A stretch of 64,000 nucleotides of DNA from Leucoraja ocellata (GCA_036785375.1 JAWMAR010000631.1:558001-622000); one strand, 5' to 3'. Shown: positions 1-14,200, numbered from the stretch's first letter. Numbers and translations are program-made. Notes: generated by a model not told the origin, from the letters alone.

Positions 1-20
1 TATTGTATAATAATACATCA

Positions 21-3000
21 CCAGTTAAAGGGAAAGGGTTTCTTAAATGTGTGAGCGGAGAGACCGAAGGGTGTAAAATGAGGGCAGAAGAAATAGGTAG
101 CAAGGTGAAAAGTAAAAGTGGCAGGCAGACAAAACCAGGGCAAAAATCAAAAAGGGCCACTTTTCAACATAATTGTATAAGGGGTAAGAGTGTTGTAAAA
201 ACAAGCCTGAAGGCTTTGTGTCTCAATGCAAGGAGCATTCGTAATAAGGTGGATGAGTTGAATGTGCAGATAGCTATTAATGACTATGATATAGTTGGGA
301 TCACGGAGACATGGCTCCAGGGTGACCAAGACTGGGAGCTGAACATCCAGGGATATTCAATATTCAGGAGGGATAGACAGAAAGGAAAATGAGGTGGGGT
401 AGCGTTACTGATTAGAGAGGGGATTAATGCAATGGAAAGGAAGGACATTAGTTTGGAGGATGTGGAATCGGTATGGGTAGAGCTGCAAAACACTAAGGGG
501 CAGAAAACGCTGGTGGGTGTTGTGTACAGGCCACCTAACAGTAGTAGTGAAGTTGGAGATGGCATCAAACAGGAAATTAGAAATGCGTGCGACAAACGCA
601 AAACAATTATAATGGGTGACTTCCATCTACATATAGATTGGGTGAATCAAATTGGCAGGGGTGCTGAGGAAGAGGATTTCTTGGAATGTATGCGGGATAG
701 TTATCTAAATCAACATGTAGAGGAACCAACGAGAGAGCAGGCTATTTTAGACTGGGTATTGAGTAATGAGGAAGGGTTAGTTAGCAATCTTGTTGTACGT
801 GCCCCCTTGGGCAAGAGTGACCATAATATGGTTGAGTTCTTCATTAGGATGGAGAGTGACATTGTTAATTCAGAAACGATGGTTCTGAACTTAAAGAAAG
901 GTAACTTTGAGGGTATGAGACGTGAATTGGCCAAGATTGACTGGCAATTAATTCTAAAAGGGTTGACGGTGGATATGCAATGGAAGACATTTAAAGACTG
1001 CATGGATGAACTACAAAAATTGTTCATCCCAGTTTGGCAAAAGAATAAATCAGGGAAGGTAGTACATCCATGGATAACAAGGGAAATCAGGGATAGTATC
1101 AAAGCGAAGGATGATGCGTACAAATTAGCCAGAAAAAGCAGCATACCGGAGGACTGGGAGAAATTCAAAGACCAGCAGAGGAGGACAAAGGGCTTAATTA
1201 GGAAAGGAAAAATAGATTATGAAAGAAAACTGGCAGGGAACATAAAAACTGACTGCAAAAGTTTTTATAGATATGTGAAAAGAAAGAGATTAGTTAAAAC
1301 AAATGTAGGTCCCTTGCAGTCAGAAACAGGTGAGTTGATCATGGGGAACAAGGATATGGCGGACCAATTGAATAACTACTTTGGTTCCGTCTTCACTAAG
1401 GAAGACATAAAAAATTTGCCGGAAATAGCAGGGGACCGCGGGTCAAAGGAGTTGGAGGAATTGAGTGAAATCCAGGTTAGCCGGGAAGTGGTGTTGGGTA
1501 AATTGAATGGATTAAAGGCCGATATATCCCCAGGGCCAGATAGGCTGCATCCCAGAGTACTTAAGGAAGTAGCTCCAGAAATAGTGGATGCATTAGTAAT
1601 AATCTTTCAAAACTCTTTAGATTCTGGAGTAGTTCCTGAAGATTGGCGGGTTGGAGGGAGAGAGAAAATGGGGAATTACAGACCAGTTAGTCAAAATCGG
1701 TAGTGGGGAAACTGCTAGAGTCAGTTATTAAAGATGGGATAGCAGCACATTTGGAAAGTAGTGAAATCATTGGACAAAGTCAGCATGGATTTATGAAAGG
1801 TAAATCATGTCTGACGAATCTTATAGAATTTTTCGAGGATGTAACTAGTAGCGTGGATAGGGGAGAACCAGTGGATGTGGTGTATCTGGACTTCCAGAAG
1901 GCTTTCGACAAGGTCCCACATAAGAGATTAGTATACAAACTTAAAGCACAAGGCATTGGGGGTTCAGTATTGATGTGGATAGAGAACTGGCTGGCAAACA
2001 GGAAGCAAAGAGTAGGAGTAAACGGGTCCTTATCACAATGGCAGGCAGTGACTAGTGGGGTACCGCAAGGCTCAGTGCTGGGACCCCAGCTATTTACAAT
2101 ATATATTAATGATCTGGATGAGGGAATTCAAGGCAATATCTCCAAGTTTGCGGATGACACTAAGCTGGGGAGGAGTGTTAGCTGTGAGGAGGATGCTAGG
2201 AGACTGCAGGGTGACTTGGATAGGCTGGGTGAGTGGGCAAATGTTTGGCAGATGCAGTATAATGTGGATAAATGTGAGGTTATCCATTTTGGTGGCAAAA
2301 ACAGGAAAGCAGACTATTATCTAAATGGTGGCCGATTGGGAAAGGGGGAGATGCAGCGAGACCTGGGTGTCATGGTACACCAGTCATTGAAGGTAGGCAT
2401 GCAGGTGCAGCAGGCAGTAAAGAAAGCGAATGGTATGTTAGCTTTCATTGCAAAAGGATTTGAGTATAGGAGCAGAGAGGTTCTACTGCAGTTGTACAGG
2501 GTCTTGGTGAGACCACACCTGGAGTATTGCGTACAGTTTTGGTCTCCAAATCTGAGGAAGGACATTATTGCCATAGAGGGAGTGCAGAGACGGTTCACCA
2601 GACTGATTCCTGGGATGTCAGGACTGTCTTATGAAGAAAGACTGGATAGACTTGGTTTATATTCTCTAGAATTTAGAAGATTGAGAGGGGATCTTATAGA
2701 AACTTACAAAATTCTTAAGGGGTTGGACAGGCTAGATGTAGGAAGATTGTTCCCGATGTTAGGGAAGTCCAGGACAAGGGGTCACAGCTTAAGGATAAAT
2801 GGGAAATCCTTTAAAACCGAGATGAGAAGAACTTTTTTCACGCAGAGAGTGGTGAATCTCTGGAACTCTCTGCCACAGAGGGTAGTTGAGGCCAGTTCAT
2901 TGGCTATATTTAAGAGGGAGTTAGATGTGGCCCTTGTGGCTAAGGGGATCAGGGGGTATGGAGAGAAGGCAGGTACGGGATACTGAGTTGGATGATCAGC

Positions 3001-3082
3001 CATGATCATATTGAATGGCGGTGCAGGCTCGAAGGGCCGAATGGCCTACTCCTGCACCTAATTTCTATGTTTCTATGTTTCT
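21..3082 (+). mobile_element. CR1 LINE, 5'-truncated young copy with disrupted ORF2 (APE endonuclease + RT)
   Basis: ORF pieces 3-392, 432-1703 and 1703-2986 carry LNARSI, ITETWL, GDFH, SDH (APE) and YLDFQKAFD, GVPQGSVLGP, FADD (RT). Premature TGA at 390-392, a short deletion near 1651 and a frameshift near 1695 relative to the copy at 26.4-29.5 kb. Ends in a (TTTCTATG)n tail; apparent ATCA duplication at 17-20 / 3083-3086. Confidence 0.96.
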
Positions 3083-5430
3083 ATCATCTGCATATAAAGA
3101 CATTTTATTAACTGTATATTTGGTATTATATCCATATATTTCTGGGTGGACGCTACCACTTTCTGTCAGTGGTTCAATAACCAGGGCGAAGAATGAATAA
3201 TAACGGAGATAACGGGCATCCTTGTCTACAGCCTCTAGATACATTAATTTTAGGTGATAACATTTGGTTTGTCAATATTCTAGCTGTTGCGTTAGTATAT
3301 AAAAGCTTAACCCATGTGTAGAACTTCTCGCCCAGTTGAAATTTTTCCATTTCCGAAAATAAATAGGGCCATTCCACCTGATCAAATGCTTTGTCAGCAT
3401 CTAGCGAGATGACTGCTAAATCTACATTTGCTATTCTATTTGAATATATAATGTTAAATAATCGTCTCAAATTATAAAATTAATAACGTTTTGGAATAAA
3501 ACCTGTTTGATTGCGGTATATTAATTTATAAATCGCTAAACTTAATCTATGGGCTAAAATTTTAGTTAATATTTTCTGATCAGTGTTTAAGAGAGCAATT
3601 GCTCTATATGAACCTGGATCCTCAAGGTCCTTATCTGTTTTTGGTATAAGTGTTATTGTTAATTCGTTTAAAGTTTCTGGCCGTTTCTGTTGAGTAAAGG
3701 CATAATTATATAATGTTTGTAGGCGTGGAGAAATCAGGTCATCAATTTTTTAATAAAATTCAGTGTTTAAGCCATCAGGCCTGCGGCCTTTCAGTTTTTT
3801 AAAGATCTAATAGGCTCTTCAATATCTTTTACTGATATTTCAGCACCCAATAATTCCCTCTCTTTCAGATAAACACCTGTAAGATTACATTTCTGTAAAA
3901 ATGATTCCATTCTTGCAGAACGCTGTTGTTTTGGTTGAATAAAGTATTTGCTAATATGGTAAGAATCTGTCATTGATATCCTTGGGTGGTGTTAGTATTT
4001 CTCCCATATTTGATCTAATTTTATAAATTGTTTTTTTCCCCATCCATTTTTCGGAGTTGACAAGTAATGGTTTTTGAGGTTTATCACTGAATTAATATAC
4101 CGCAATCAAACAGGTTTCATTCCAAAACGTTATTAATTTTATCACTGAAGTGTATTTGTTTTGTATGTTGATAAAGTTTTATGATTTGATCAGAATATAT
4201 TTGGTTTAACATGTTTAAGTGCAGCAATTTTATTGTGTTTTATCATAGAGGGCGCGGCAGCATTCTCTATATCTAATTGCCTTATTTCCATTTCCAATAC
4301 CTGTTGTTTAGTCCAATTCTCTTTATTATGAAAGACTTGTGAGGAGATTAATGCTCCTCGTACAAATGCTTTGAATGTTTCCCAGAGAAGGGAGGCAGAT
4401 GTTCCAGAGTGGTCATTGGACTCGAAAAACATATTGATCTGTGTAATAAGATATTTGTGACATGCTTTGTCATTTAAAAATTGGGAGTTAAGTCTCCATT
4501 GTGTCTGCTTCTCGATCATTCCATTTAGTTTAATCATGAATGTTAAAGGTGCATGATCCGAGATTATGATATTTCGAATTATAAGTGAATGGTATAAGTT
4601 TAGAGTCTACTAAAAAGTAGTCTATTCTTGAATAGGTTTTGTGTACCGGTGAGTAAAATCATTCTCATCCGGATGGGTTTTCGATTCTCCAGACATCTTT
4701 GATATTAGTAGTATTAATGTATGAATATAGTAATTCACTTGTCTTAGATTTTATTTTCCTTTGTCTTGATGATCTGTCTAAATAGGAATCCAATGTACAA
4801 TTTAAATCTCCACCAATTATTAAATTATGTTGTGTAATTTCTGGGATAGTATTAAGTATTTTCTTGAAAAACAAAAGGCTGACAAAATTTGGTCCATAAA
4901 CGTTAAGAAGAATCCCTTTTTAAAAATATAATTCACCCACTAATATAATATATCTACCATTGATATCCGCGATAGTTGATATATGTTTAAAAGGTATACC
5001 TTTACGGATTAAAATTGCAACCCCTCTGGACCTATGAAAGAACGAGGAGTGATACGTTTTGGCAATCCATTTTGCTTTCAATCTATGTTGCACTTCATTT
5101 TTAAGGTGAGTTTCTTGAAGAAATATTATATCGGCTTTGAGTGATTTTAAATGTGCTAATACTTTACCTCTCTTGATTGGTTCATTAATTCCCCTAATGT
5201 TCCAACTACAAAATGTAATTCCTTCTGTTCATATTAACATCTTACATCTTATGGGTAGGGTGGTCTATAAAAAAGCAGAAGGTTCAACACAATAAACCCG
5301 ACATTCCACCCAAACTCAAGATAGATTAATTTTAGATCTAATAAGTCTTCATGCCGGACATATCTCCTTAAATAAAACTTATAATTCAATTCAATATTTA
5401 AGTTATAATATAAATACAAATATAAAAAAC
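3083..5430 (-). mobile_element. Decayed L1/Tx1-clade LINE ORF2 (endonuclease to RT); continues at 1-20 beyond the CR1 insertion
   Basis: Minus strand encodes ITFCSWNIRGIN..DIIFLQETH (about 5220-5105), IIGGDLNC, SLDADKAFDQVEW, RGCRQGCPLSPLLF and NKMSLYAD (about 3085-3110). Many stops and frameshifts. Confidence 0.92.
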
Positions 5431-5439
5431 ACAAATATA

Positions 5440-8400
5440 ACAGATGTTATTATTGGGATGATTGCAAACCCAGCTGGAAGGGAATATTCGTTTTATTCGA
5501 TGGTACATAAAACCTACTCACACATTGATTATTTCCTAGTGGAAAGGAAATCAATTCCCTTCACAACTAACACTAAATATCATAATAGTATCATTTCGGA
5601 TCATTCCCCATTAACTTTCTTTCTAAAACTAGAAGGAATGCCCAATAAAAAATCGTTTTGGAGGTTCGATCCCCAAATTTTAAACAATACCTAAAACAAC
5701 AGATGGAACCTTTCTTTGAGACTAACGACACCCCAGGCACCTCACTTTCTTTATTATGGGAATATTTTATAGCATTTATCAAAGGCTCAATAATTTCATA
5801 CCAAGATTTTCAAAATAAAAAGAATAAGACCGAGCAATTGCAACTAGAAGAACAAATCAGACAATTGGATTTAGACAATGCGAAAGAGCCAACCACAGAC
5901 AAACACAACAAGATAACAATACTGAAAACTAAACAGAATCTTATCTGCTAGAGTAATCAGATTATTTCAAATTACAAAACAGGAAAATTTCGAATTTGTT
6001 GATAAGGCACATAAACTTTTGGTTAGCTGAAAAAACTGGAAAAGGACCATACGATTCCAAACATTAAATTAGATAAAGGTGAATCGTTAACACTTCCTAA
6101 AGATATTAATAAATAATTTGCTCAATTCTATCAAAATTTATATACATCCTAAACATCAACAGATAGCATTAAAGTTATAAATTTTCTGGATAACTGCAAG
6201 CTCCCAAAACTCAATCCGTTGGAACAAGAGGAATTAGGAGCACAGGTTTCAATTAAAGAAATAGAAGAGACAATAAACTCACTGAAAAATGGTAAAACAC
6301 CGGGACCAGATGGATTCAGTAATGAATTTTATAAAAGATTTTACGAGACAATCTCACCGCGTTTACACAAGCTTTATACATATGCTTTTAAAGAACAGAC
6401 CCTACCAGAAACATTAGCGGAATCAACTATCACACTTATACCTAAAAAAGATGAAGACCTAGAAGACCCTGGTTCATACAAAGCTATCGCATTGTTAAGT
6501 ACAGATCAGAAAATACTAGCGAAAACTAGCAAGAAGATTAAGCAAATACATTAGTAAATTAATAAATGCGGATCAAACGGGGTTTATACCCAAGAGACAC
6601 TCATTCAATAATTTGAGACGTCTTTTTAAAGTAATGCATTCACATAAAATTGAAGAAGATTTATCAATGATTTCATTGGATGCAGAAAAAGCATTCAACC
6701 AAGTAGCATGGGAATACCTCTTCAAAGTATTGCAAAAATTTCAAATGGGAGAGAATTTTATTTCATGGGTAAAATTACTATATGACAAGCCGACTGCTAG
6801 AATATTGACCAATAACATACTATCTCCGAAATTTCAACTATCCAGGGGCAATAGACAGGGTTGTGCATAATCACCCCTGCTATTTGCTCTTGCGATAGAG
6901 CCCTTAGCAGAAAGTATAAGAATGCATCCAAATATTCATGGTTATAACACTAAATACTCTAAAAATAAAAGATCACTATATGCAGATGGCGTACTATTAT
7001 ACATTACAAAATCGCAAGTTAGCTTACCAAACATATTAAATTTAATAGAGGAATTCGGTTCCTTCTCAGGATATAGAATAAACTGGAACAAAAGTGAAAT
7101 CATGGCAATAAAACCTCAAGAGCCGACACATTTTTTAAAATTCCCCTTTAGAATTGCTACAGAAAAATTTAAATATCTGGGTATCCAATTTACCAGAAAA
7201 TACAACTCTTTATTTAATGCAAACTACATGCCTTTACTTACTAAACTACATGCCTTGACTCAATTCTGGAAAACGTTGTCTTTAATAGGCAGAATGAATG
7301 CCATAAAAATGATTTTTCTCCCACAAATTCTTTACCGATATACCTAACTAAAAACTTTGTCAAAAAACTCGACTCCCACATCACAAATTTTATTTGGGAC
7401 TATAAATCCCATAGAATCCACAGACGACACTTATGTAAACCCAAAGAATTTGGTGGACATGACACTCCCCAATTTCTTGTATTATTACTGGGCAGTGAAT
7501 ATTAAAAATGTAATTTACTGGTTGGACAATTCAGTTCAACAGGTAGACTGGATAGTAATGAAGAGAGAGGATTGTTTGCCTTTTAACATAGGAGCAATCC
7601 TTCTCTCCCCAATAAAATTGAAGAATGCAATATACCAGAAAAATCCGATTATCCATAGTACAATACGAATTTAGAGACAAGTAAAATTTACTCTTAAATT
7701 AAGAAACCTATCTCTTCTCTCTCCTATAGCTAATAATCCGTCGTTTAAACCATCTATTATCGATAAAACTTTTACTCACTGGGAAAGACTGGGAATTAAA
7801 ACGTTTGGAGATATGTATGAAATGGGAAACCGTTTATCATTTCAAAAATTACAACTCAAATAAAATTTGAAAGGTAATCAATATTTTGGATACCTTCAAA
7901 TTTGAGATTATTTGAAAAAACATACACAAGAATACCAAACTCTGATGTCAGATATATTAGATGAAGGCATGAACAGAAAGGCTGAATCAAATAACTTTAT
8001 ATTATACTTGTATACTATCATTTTAAATATAGATATACCATCGTCAGATGCAATTAGAAGAGAGTGGGAACAGGAACTAACTATAAAAATCCCTAAAGAC
8101 AGATGGGATGAATATCTTCTATATGTACATAACTGCTCGATTAATGTAAGACATATCCTAATCCACTTTAAAATAATACATAGACTATATTACTCGAAAA
8201 CCAAACTGAATAAACTTTTTCCAAATGTTTCCCCCATTTGTGATAAATGTTTATCTCAAGAAGCAACTAAAGCACACTCCTTCGTCTCCTGCATAAAACT
8301 CCATCAATTTTGGAAAGAAATCTTTGAAATCTTCACAAAACTATTTAAAATAAAATTGGACCCCAACATAGAATTGATTATTTTCAGAACAACGGAAGCC

Positions 8401-8960
8401 TGCTCCGAGCTAACTTAATTTCAAAGACGTTTCCTTGACTATGGCTTGGGAATGGCAAAAAACGTATACTCAAATTTTGGAAAAATGCACCTATCCCAAC
8501 GCTTAAAATGTGGATCACAAGCATGTCTGAGACGCTACATCTTGAAGATGTGAGATTCGTCCTAGCAGGAAAATCGGATCAATTCTTAAAGATATGGTCT
8601 CCTTTCATCGATTTATTACAAATATAATATGGTGCAACACAACTCTGGAAATTAACCATTTCTGAACTGGGTGAGGGGTTTGGAAAGATATGAAGTAGGT
8701 ATATCCCATTTCTGTTTCTGTTTTTCTGTTTTCCCGTTCTTTCTTTTTTCCTTTTTTTTTTTACAACTCTATGGGTTTCTTCTCTCTTTTCTTCTCTCTA
8801 TCCTTCTACAAACTATCGCCTGTTAACTCCTGGAGTACCCCAGGGGTTTACACATCACTATTTCCCTTACTCTTTTCTTTACTCTCTTTTTCTTTCTTCT
8901 GTGACTTATCTATTGTTAAATTTAAAACAAGAATAATTACGAATAATGGCACTGTGAATA
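5440..8960 (+). mobile_element. Decayed L1/Tx1-clade LINE, from mid-endonuclease to 3' UTR
   Basis: Fragments YSHIDYFLV..SDHSP, GKTPGPDGF, SLDAEKAF, RGNRQGC, SLYADG and a C-terminal CxxC..H..C cluster (ICDKC..HSFVSC). Pyrimidine-rich 3' UTR at about 8700-8900. Confidence 0.92.
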
Positions 8961-9764
8961 ATGAATTTGTTTAGCCACCTGTCAGCAATGGCCAGTTACC
9001 TCAATATATTTAGTAAGTAGGTAGGTATCTTAATGGTTTAGAATAACAGAGAATGGAATGAGGCTTATTTTCAGCACCTGGTGGAAGGACATGAAAAATT
9101 GTGTTTTTTTTATGTTCAGTTTTATCACTTGCTTCCACATACCAATCATTGCTGCAGCTGAAGTTCGTGGGTGTACTTCAGTTTCAATTACTGTTAATCC
9201 GCATCAATCTCAGTTGGAAAGAGTAGGACTGGACCGCTGGAACTGTGGTTAGCAGAAGGTGCAATAGCTTGCGCCATTGTGGCGCACATTGTGATCTTGA
9301 AAATCACATAAAGAAGCCCTGCAAGATTCTGGAAATGTGAAATAACAATAAAAAAATATTGGAAGCACTCAAAAGGTCAGGCAGCGAGTGTAGGAAAAAA
9401 AATAAAGTTCATATTTTAAGTCTGAGACCCTTCATTAGATCTGATGAATGCTGTTCTTGAAATTGTTTAACTGTTGAGAGCAACATCAAAATATTCGGCA
9501 TTGTCTTCAAAATCAGATCGCTGAACGTGTGCAATAAAACACAAAACTATAAGTGGAGTGGTCATGGCGTCAAATAATAGGTTAAACAATAGCGTTTTCC
9601 CTTCCTGAACTTTGGTCCACTCCATGTAGGCTGGATGCATAATTCCTTGCCATCTTAACTCAAGTGTGATATTAATTTTAATGATTTTTGCTAAATTCAA
9701 GTTTACTGCAATAAAACTCTACAAAGATGTATTACATGAAATTAAATAAAATTAATGGTTATCT

Positions 9765-10209
9765 TGTGTTCAGTTCTGAGTAGCATGTTATAGGAAAAAT
9801 ATTGTCAAGCTTGAAAGGGTTCAGAGAAGATTTACAAGGATTTTGCCAGAACTAGAGGGTCTGCACTATAGGGACAGGTTGAGTAGGCTGGGCCTCTATT
9901 CGGGAATCGAGGACCAGAGGACATACAGTAGGTTCAAGGTGAAAGGGTAAAATAAATCTGTAACTTTTTAACACAAAGGGTGGTGGGTGTATGGAACAAG
10001 ATGCCCTAGGAGGTAGTTAAGGCTGGGACTATCCCAATGTTTAACAAACGGTTAGACAGGTACAAGGATAGGATAGGTTTGGAGGGATATGGACCAAGCG
10101 CAGGCAGGTGGGACTAGTGTAGCTGGGACATGTTGGCCGGTGTGGGCAAGTTGGGCCGAAGGACCTGTTTCCACACTGTTTCACTCTATGACTATGACTA
10201 TGACTCTAT
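9765..10209 (+). mobile_element. CR1 3'-end fragment with (CTATGA)n tail
   Basis: Matches the 3' part of the other CR1 copies (GTTCAGAGAAGATTTACAAGG..GGGCCGAAGGACCTGTTT); ends ctatgactatgactatgactctat. Confidence 0.85.
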
Positions 10210-11199
10210 TTTAAAATATCTACAGGGTAGCCAGTATTAGAAAAGCATACTTTGCTGTAGCAAGGATTACTTCAGCACTTAAGACAGAACTTTGGTGGAA
10301 AGTCAATTTTTTTTTTTAGGATATTAAAGCTATGATCCTCTGCAATTGATAATAAGTATTAGAATGATCTGTCTTGTGTTAAGATTTTATTGGGACACAT
10401 GTAAATAGCAGTAATTATAGAAACATGAAGCAACCATAATGTATTGCCAGTTATAACAAAAGTGATGATTCTCAATCAGATATTAAACCAATAAAAGCAT
10501 TTGTTCGTGCCTTAATGAATGAAAGTCAATGAAAGCTTTATGCCAGCAGGAAGAATCTCAAATCACCATCCTCAATGACAATTGTCTTTTTTTCCTATCA
10601 GCTTTGCTTTGGCGTCAGTACATACAGTATAACCTCCCCAATCTATTTGACAGTGGCAACCTGTTATTTTTTTCATGAAAAGGGACTTCATTTGGAAAGG
10701 GCATCAAAATTATTCACTCTCTGTTTTGATTTGGTGCGTGTATAATATGAAAAGTAATTTTATGTGTACTTTCAGCCTTCCATTTGAAACATTTTTCAGG
10801 AATTTAAGTCCTTTAAAATGTATCCAGCAACTACTTTTTCAGGTTGCATGGATAAGGTGAAATAAACAAGACGAATACATCAAGAAACAAAATACTATAC
10901 CTGAATCTCACAGAGATGCAGCGCATGTTATACTTTAGATTCAAAAGAGACACATTCGGTTATCAGTGCCAGGTTTGGAGCAGATCATACTTATGGCCTC
11001 TGTAGTTCATTCCAATCCACACCGCTGATATCGGAAAAAATAGTGGATTGGCAGCAGGTCACTGATGTTCTTTTGAGTTGCACCAACAGATCAATGTTTT
11101 TCCTGTGGAAGATGACAGGTAGGAGCATATGTCCATACTGGTGGATTTCTTTGGAATCAGTCCATCTTAGAATGCAAGCACCCTTGTAGGAACGAGCTC

Positions 11200-11430
11200 T
11201 GTTTCAAAAGGAGATGTATAGGTGGGACAGAGAATGGTGGGTGCCAGGGTGGCAGTGGGAACATATATGATATTAGCCTTTATGAGGCTGTCAGATAAGT
11301 ATGTATATAATGCAAGGGAAGGAGTGATATGGATCGTGTTCAAATAGAGAACTTGCCATCATGTTTGGCACAGACATCATGGGCTGACTGGCCTGTTCCT
11401 GTGTGGTACTGCTCCATGTTCTATGTATGT
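11200..11430 (+). mobile_element. Old CR1 3'-end fragment
   Basis: 3' stem-loop region GGGCTGACTGGCCTGTTCCTGTG followed by an atgttctatg tail; strongly diverged. Confidence 0.6.
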
Positions 11431-11449
11431 TCAGCTCAGCTTGCCGATT

Positions 11450-12598
11450 AGTCAAGTCCAGTCAAGTCGAGTTTATTCGTCACATACACATACGAGATGT
11501 GCAGTGAAATGAAAAGTGGCAATGCTCGCGGACTTTGTGCAAAAAGACAAACAAACAAACAACCAAACAACCAAACAAACAGAATGGAACAGAATCACAT
11601 ATTATTTTACATATTAATTCAGATTCAGATTCAGATTCAATTTTAATTGTCATTGTCAGTGTACAGTGCAGAGACAACGAAATGCATTTAGCATCTCCCT
11701 TGAAGAGCGACATAGCAAACGATTTGAATAAAAAATAATAAGTGTCCGGGGGGGGGGGGGGAGGGGGGGGGGGGGTGGTGATTGGCAGTCACCGAGGTAC
11801 GTTGTTGAGTAAATATTGTGGGCAGAAGGAAAAAGGGAAAAAAACAGCACTTAAAAAAAAAAAAAGCAATATAGTGGTACAGTAAAAGTTAGTCCCTGGT
11901 GAGATAGGAGTTTACAGAGGCTAATGGCCTCTGGGAAGAAAGTCCTTCTCAACGTCACTGTTCTCACAGCATGGCAACGGAGGCGTTTGCCTGACCGTAG
12001 CAGCTGGAACAGTCCGTTGCAGGGGTGGAAGGGGTCTCCCATGATTTTAGTGGATCTGGAGTTGCACCTCCTGATGTATAGTTCCTGCAGGGGGGCGAGT
12101 GAAGTTCCCATAGTGCGTTCAGCCAAACGCACTATTCTCTGCAGAATCTTCTTGTCCTGGGCAGAGCAATTCCGAAACCAGATGGTAATATTTCCGGACA
12201 AGATGCTTTCCACAGCCGCTGAGTAGAAGCACTGGAGGATCCTCGGAGACACTCTGAATTTCCCCAATTGCCTGAGGCGGTAAAGGCGCTTCCTTGCCTT
12301 ACTCACGAGTGCTGAGGCGTGTGATGTCCATGTCATATCCTCAGAGATGTGGACTCCCAGATATTTAAAACAGCTCACCCTATCCACAGGATCCCCATTT
12401 ATCCTCAATGGTGTGTACATTCTCGGATGATGTGCCCTCCTAAAGTCAACGATCAGCTCCTTAGTTTTTTTGATGTTCAAGAGGAGGCTGTTGTCCTGAC
12501 ACCAGAGTTCCAGATCAGCCACCTCCTCCCGGTAGGCCTTCTCATCGTTGTCTGAGATCAGGCCACCACCACAGTGTCATCAGCAAACTTGATTATTG
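11450..12598 (-). mobile_element. Rex1/Babar-type LINE 3' portion
   Basis: ORF 11851-12522 (WCQDNSLLLNIKKTKELIVDFRR..FKYLGVHI..VESIL) is the post-RT region of this clade; KFADDT lies just upstream (about 12575-12590). (GACTT)n-like tail at about 11450-11475. Confidence 0.88.
11617..11810 (-). mobile_element. Short LINE 3' end with (GAATCT)n tail nested in the Rex1 3' UTR
   Basis: A ttcagattcagattcagattc microsatellite tail plus a poly-G tract interrupts the host 3' UTR (..tacatattaa | taaatattgtgg..). Confidence 0.6.
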
Positions 12599-13140
12599 AG
12601 GTTTATTGATTACCATAATAATCAACCTTTATGATTCACAGACTTAGAGGTGAAACTTCATACTTTACTAGACTGCAATACATCCAGCATTCTATCCAAA
12701 CGTTCTGCTGAGTAGACAAGGACTATCTTACAAACAATCCTACCTGGGGCACTAACACGAATTTGAGTACAAATCATGAATGTGATAGAATGAGAACCTT
12801 GCAGTTAAAGGGATCGGGTAGAACACAACTATTTTTTCACCAGGCCAGTTGGAAAGGCATCTTTGAGTACAGCTCAGAACAATTGTAAATATTCAACATC
12901 ATTTACTACATTTATTGTAATTTTAACATCCTTCATACCCTATTTAGGGAGAGCTGTAATAGGAGCTCCTTTCCTTCATATCCTTTAGAGCAAGGGTATG
13001 TGCTCTCCTCCATGATACACTGTCTACCAGGGCTGGATGTGATCTCTCCACTTCAACACATTGTGTACTTGGTCTCCTCCATGCTCTATCCATTATGGCT
13101 GAGGTATGATCTATTTCAGTTTATCCTCTCCCTACAGAAC

Positions 13141-13340
13141 AGGGGAAATTTACAGAGGCCAATTAACTTACAAACCCACATGCCTTTGGGATGTGGGAGG
13201 AATCCGGAGCATCCAGAGGGGAGACATGTTCTGAGGGAGAATGTGCAAACGGCTCGCAGAAAGGACCAGACGTTAGGATCGAACTGGGGTCTCTGACGAT
13301 GTGAGACAGCAGCTCTACCAGCTTCACCACTGTGTCGCCT
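13141..13340 (-). mobile_element. tRNA-derived V-SINE/HE1-like SINE
   Basis: Minus strand starts GGCGACACAGTGG.., has a B-box-like GTTCGATCC and a central TTCCTCCCACATCCCAAAG domain, like the copies at 34958 and 42478. Confidence 0.8.
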
Positions 13341-14049
13341 TACTCTTTGCCATAGGTCCAGATTAGGCAATGCGATTCCTTGTGACATAGTGCTTGGAAT
13401 ATCTTTTCCTTTACTTCTGTTGTGTGCAGTTGAAAACAGTTGTGTAGATCTCTCCTGTTTGTACCCAGTCCATTTACGCTGCCTCCCATATCCTGTGTAG
13501 TGCCATTCAAGATTTCTTCTGCTATTTACTGTTAAGTGAGACTAGATTATGAGATGTCATCTGCCATACCCTGAGCAATGGGACTGGTTCTAGAGCTGTC
13601 CTCCACTAATCCCTATAAAGTAGGACCAAGATGTGAGTTCTCTTCCTTTGTAGGGTTGGAATATGTACAAGGAGCTCTTCTCCTCAACATTGCGAATAGT
13701 TAAAGTAAGAGACTGTGCAGATGCTGGAGTCTGGAACAATAAAGAGAGCACTGGAAGTACTCAGTGGATCAAGGAGTATATCAGGAGGTTAGCGATACAG
13801 TATGTGTTGACGGCTCAGGTCAAGACCGTGCATCAGGATTCCGGATCAAGATCTCGACCTGAAATACTGGCATACACATTTTGCATCCATTTTTTGTTTC
13901 CATATATATTGCTAGACCTGATGAATTCATCCAACATTCTGTTTATTTGATCATGTGTGTTTTGGTTTGGTTCTTTATTCTCCCTCTGAAAAGCTATGAT
14001 TTATCTGCCCTTGTTTCACCTCGGCACTTGTGCGGGGTTATATGCATGA

Positions 14050-14200
14050 GTAGGAATGAACCACAGATGCTGGTTTAAACCGAAGATAAATACAAAAAGC
14101 TGGAGTGACTCAGCGGGTCAGACAGCATCTCTGGAGAAAAGGAAAAGGTGACATTTCGGATGGGTCTCGAGCCGAAACATCACCCATTCGAGCTTTTTGT
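14050..14200. repeat. Penelope-derived palindromic short repeat
   Basis: CAGATGCTGG..GCTGGAGTGACTCAGCGGGTCAGACAGCATCTCTGGAG..GGTGACATTTCGG / CCGAAACATCACC. Same family as 24.7, 42.1, 55.5, 57.6 and 59.7 kb; a more diverged copy lies at about 13710-13945. Confidence 0.7.

Noticed and set aside
710-2598. Antisense and alternate-frame ORFs over CR1 copies (also at 27-29 kb and 49.5-52 kb)
   Set aside because: Shadow ORFs of the LINE coding strand; they recur only because the copies are homologous.
3083-8960. Head-to-head L1 fragments as one twin-primed (5'-inverted) insertion
   Set aside because: The two arms overlap in L1 coordinates (late endonuclease to RT) and are clearly diverged from each other, so they are independent insertions of related families.
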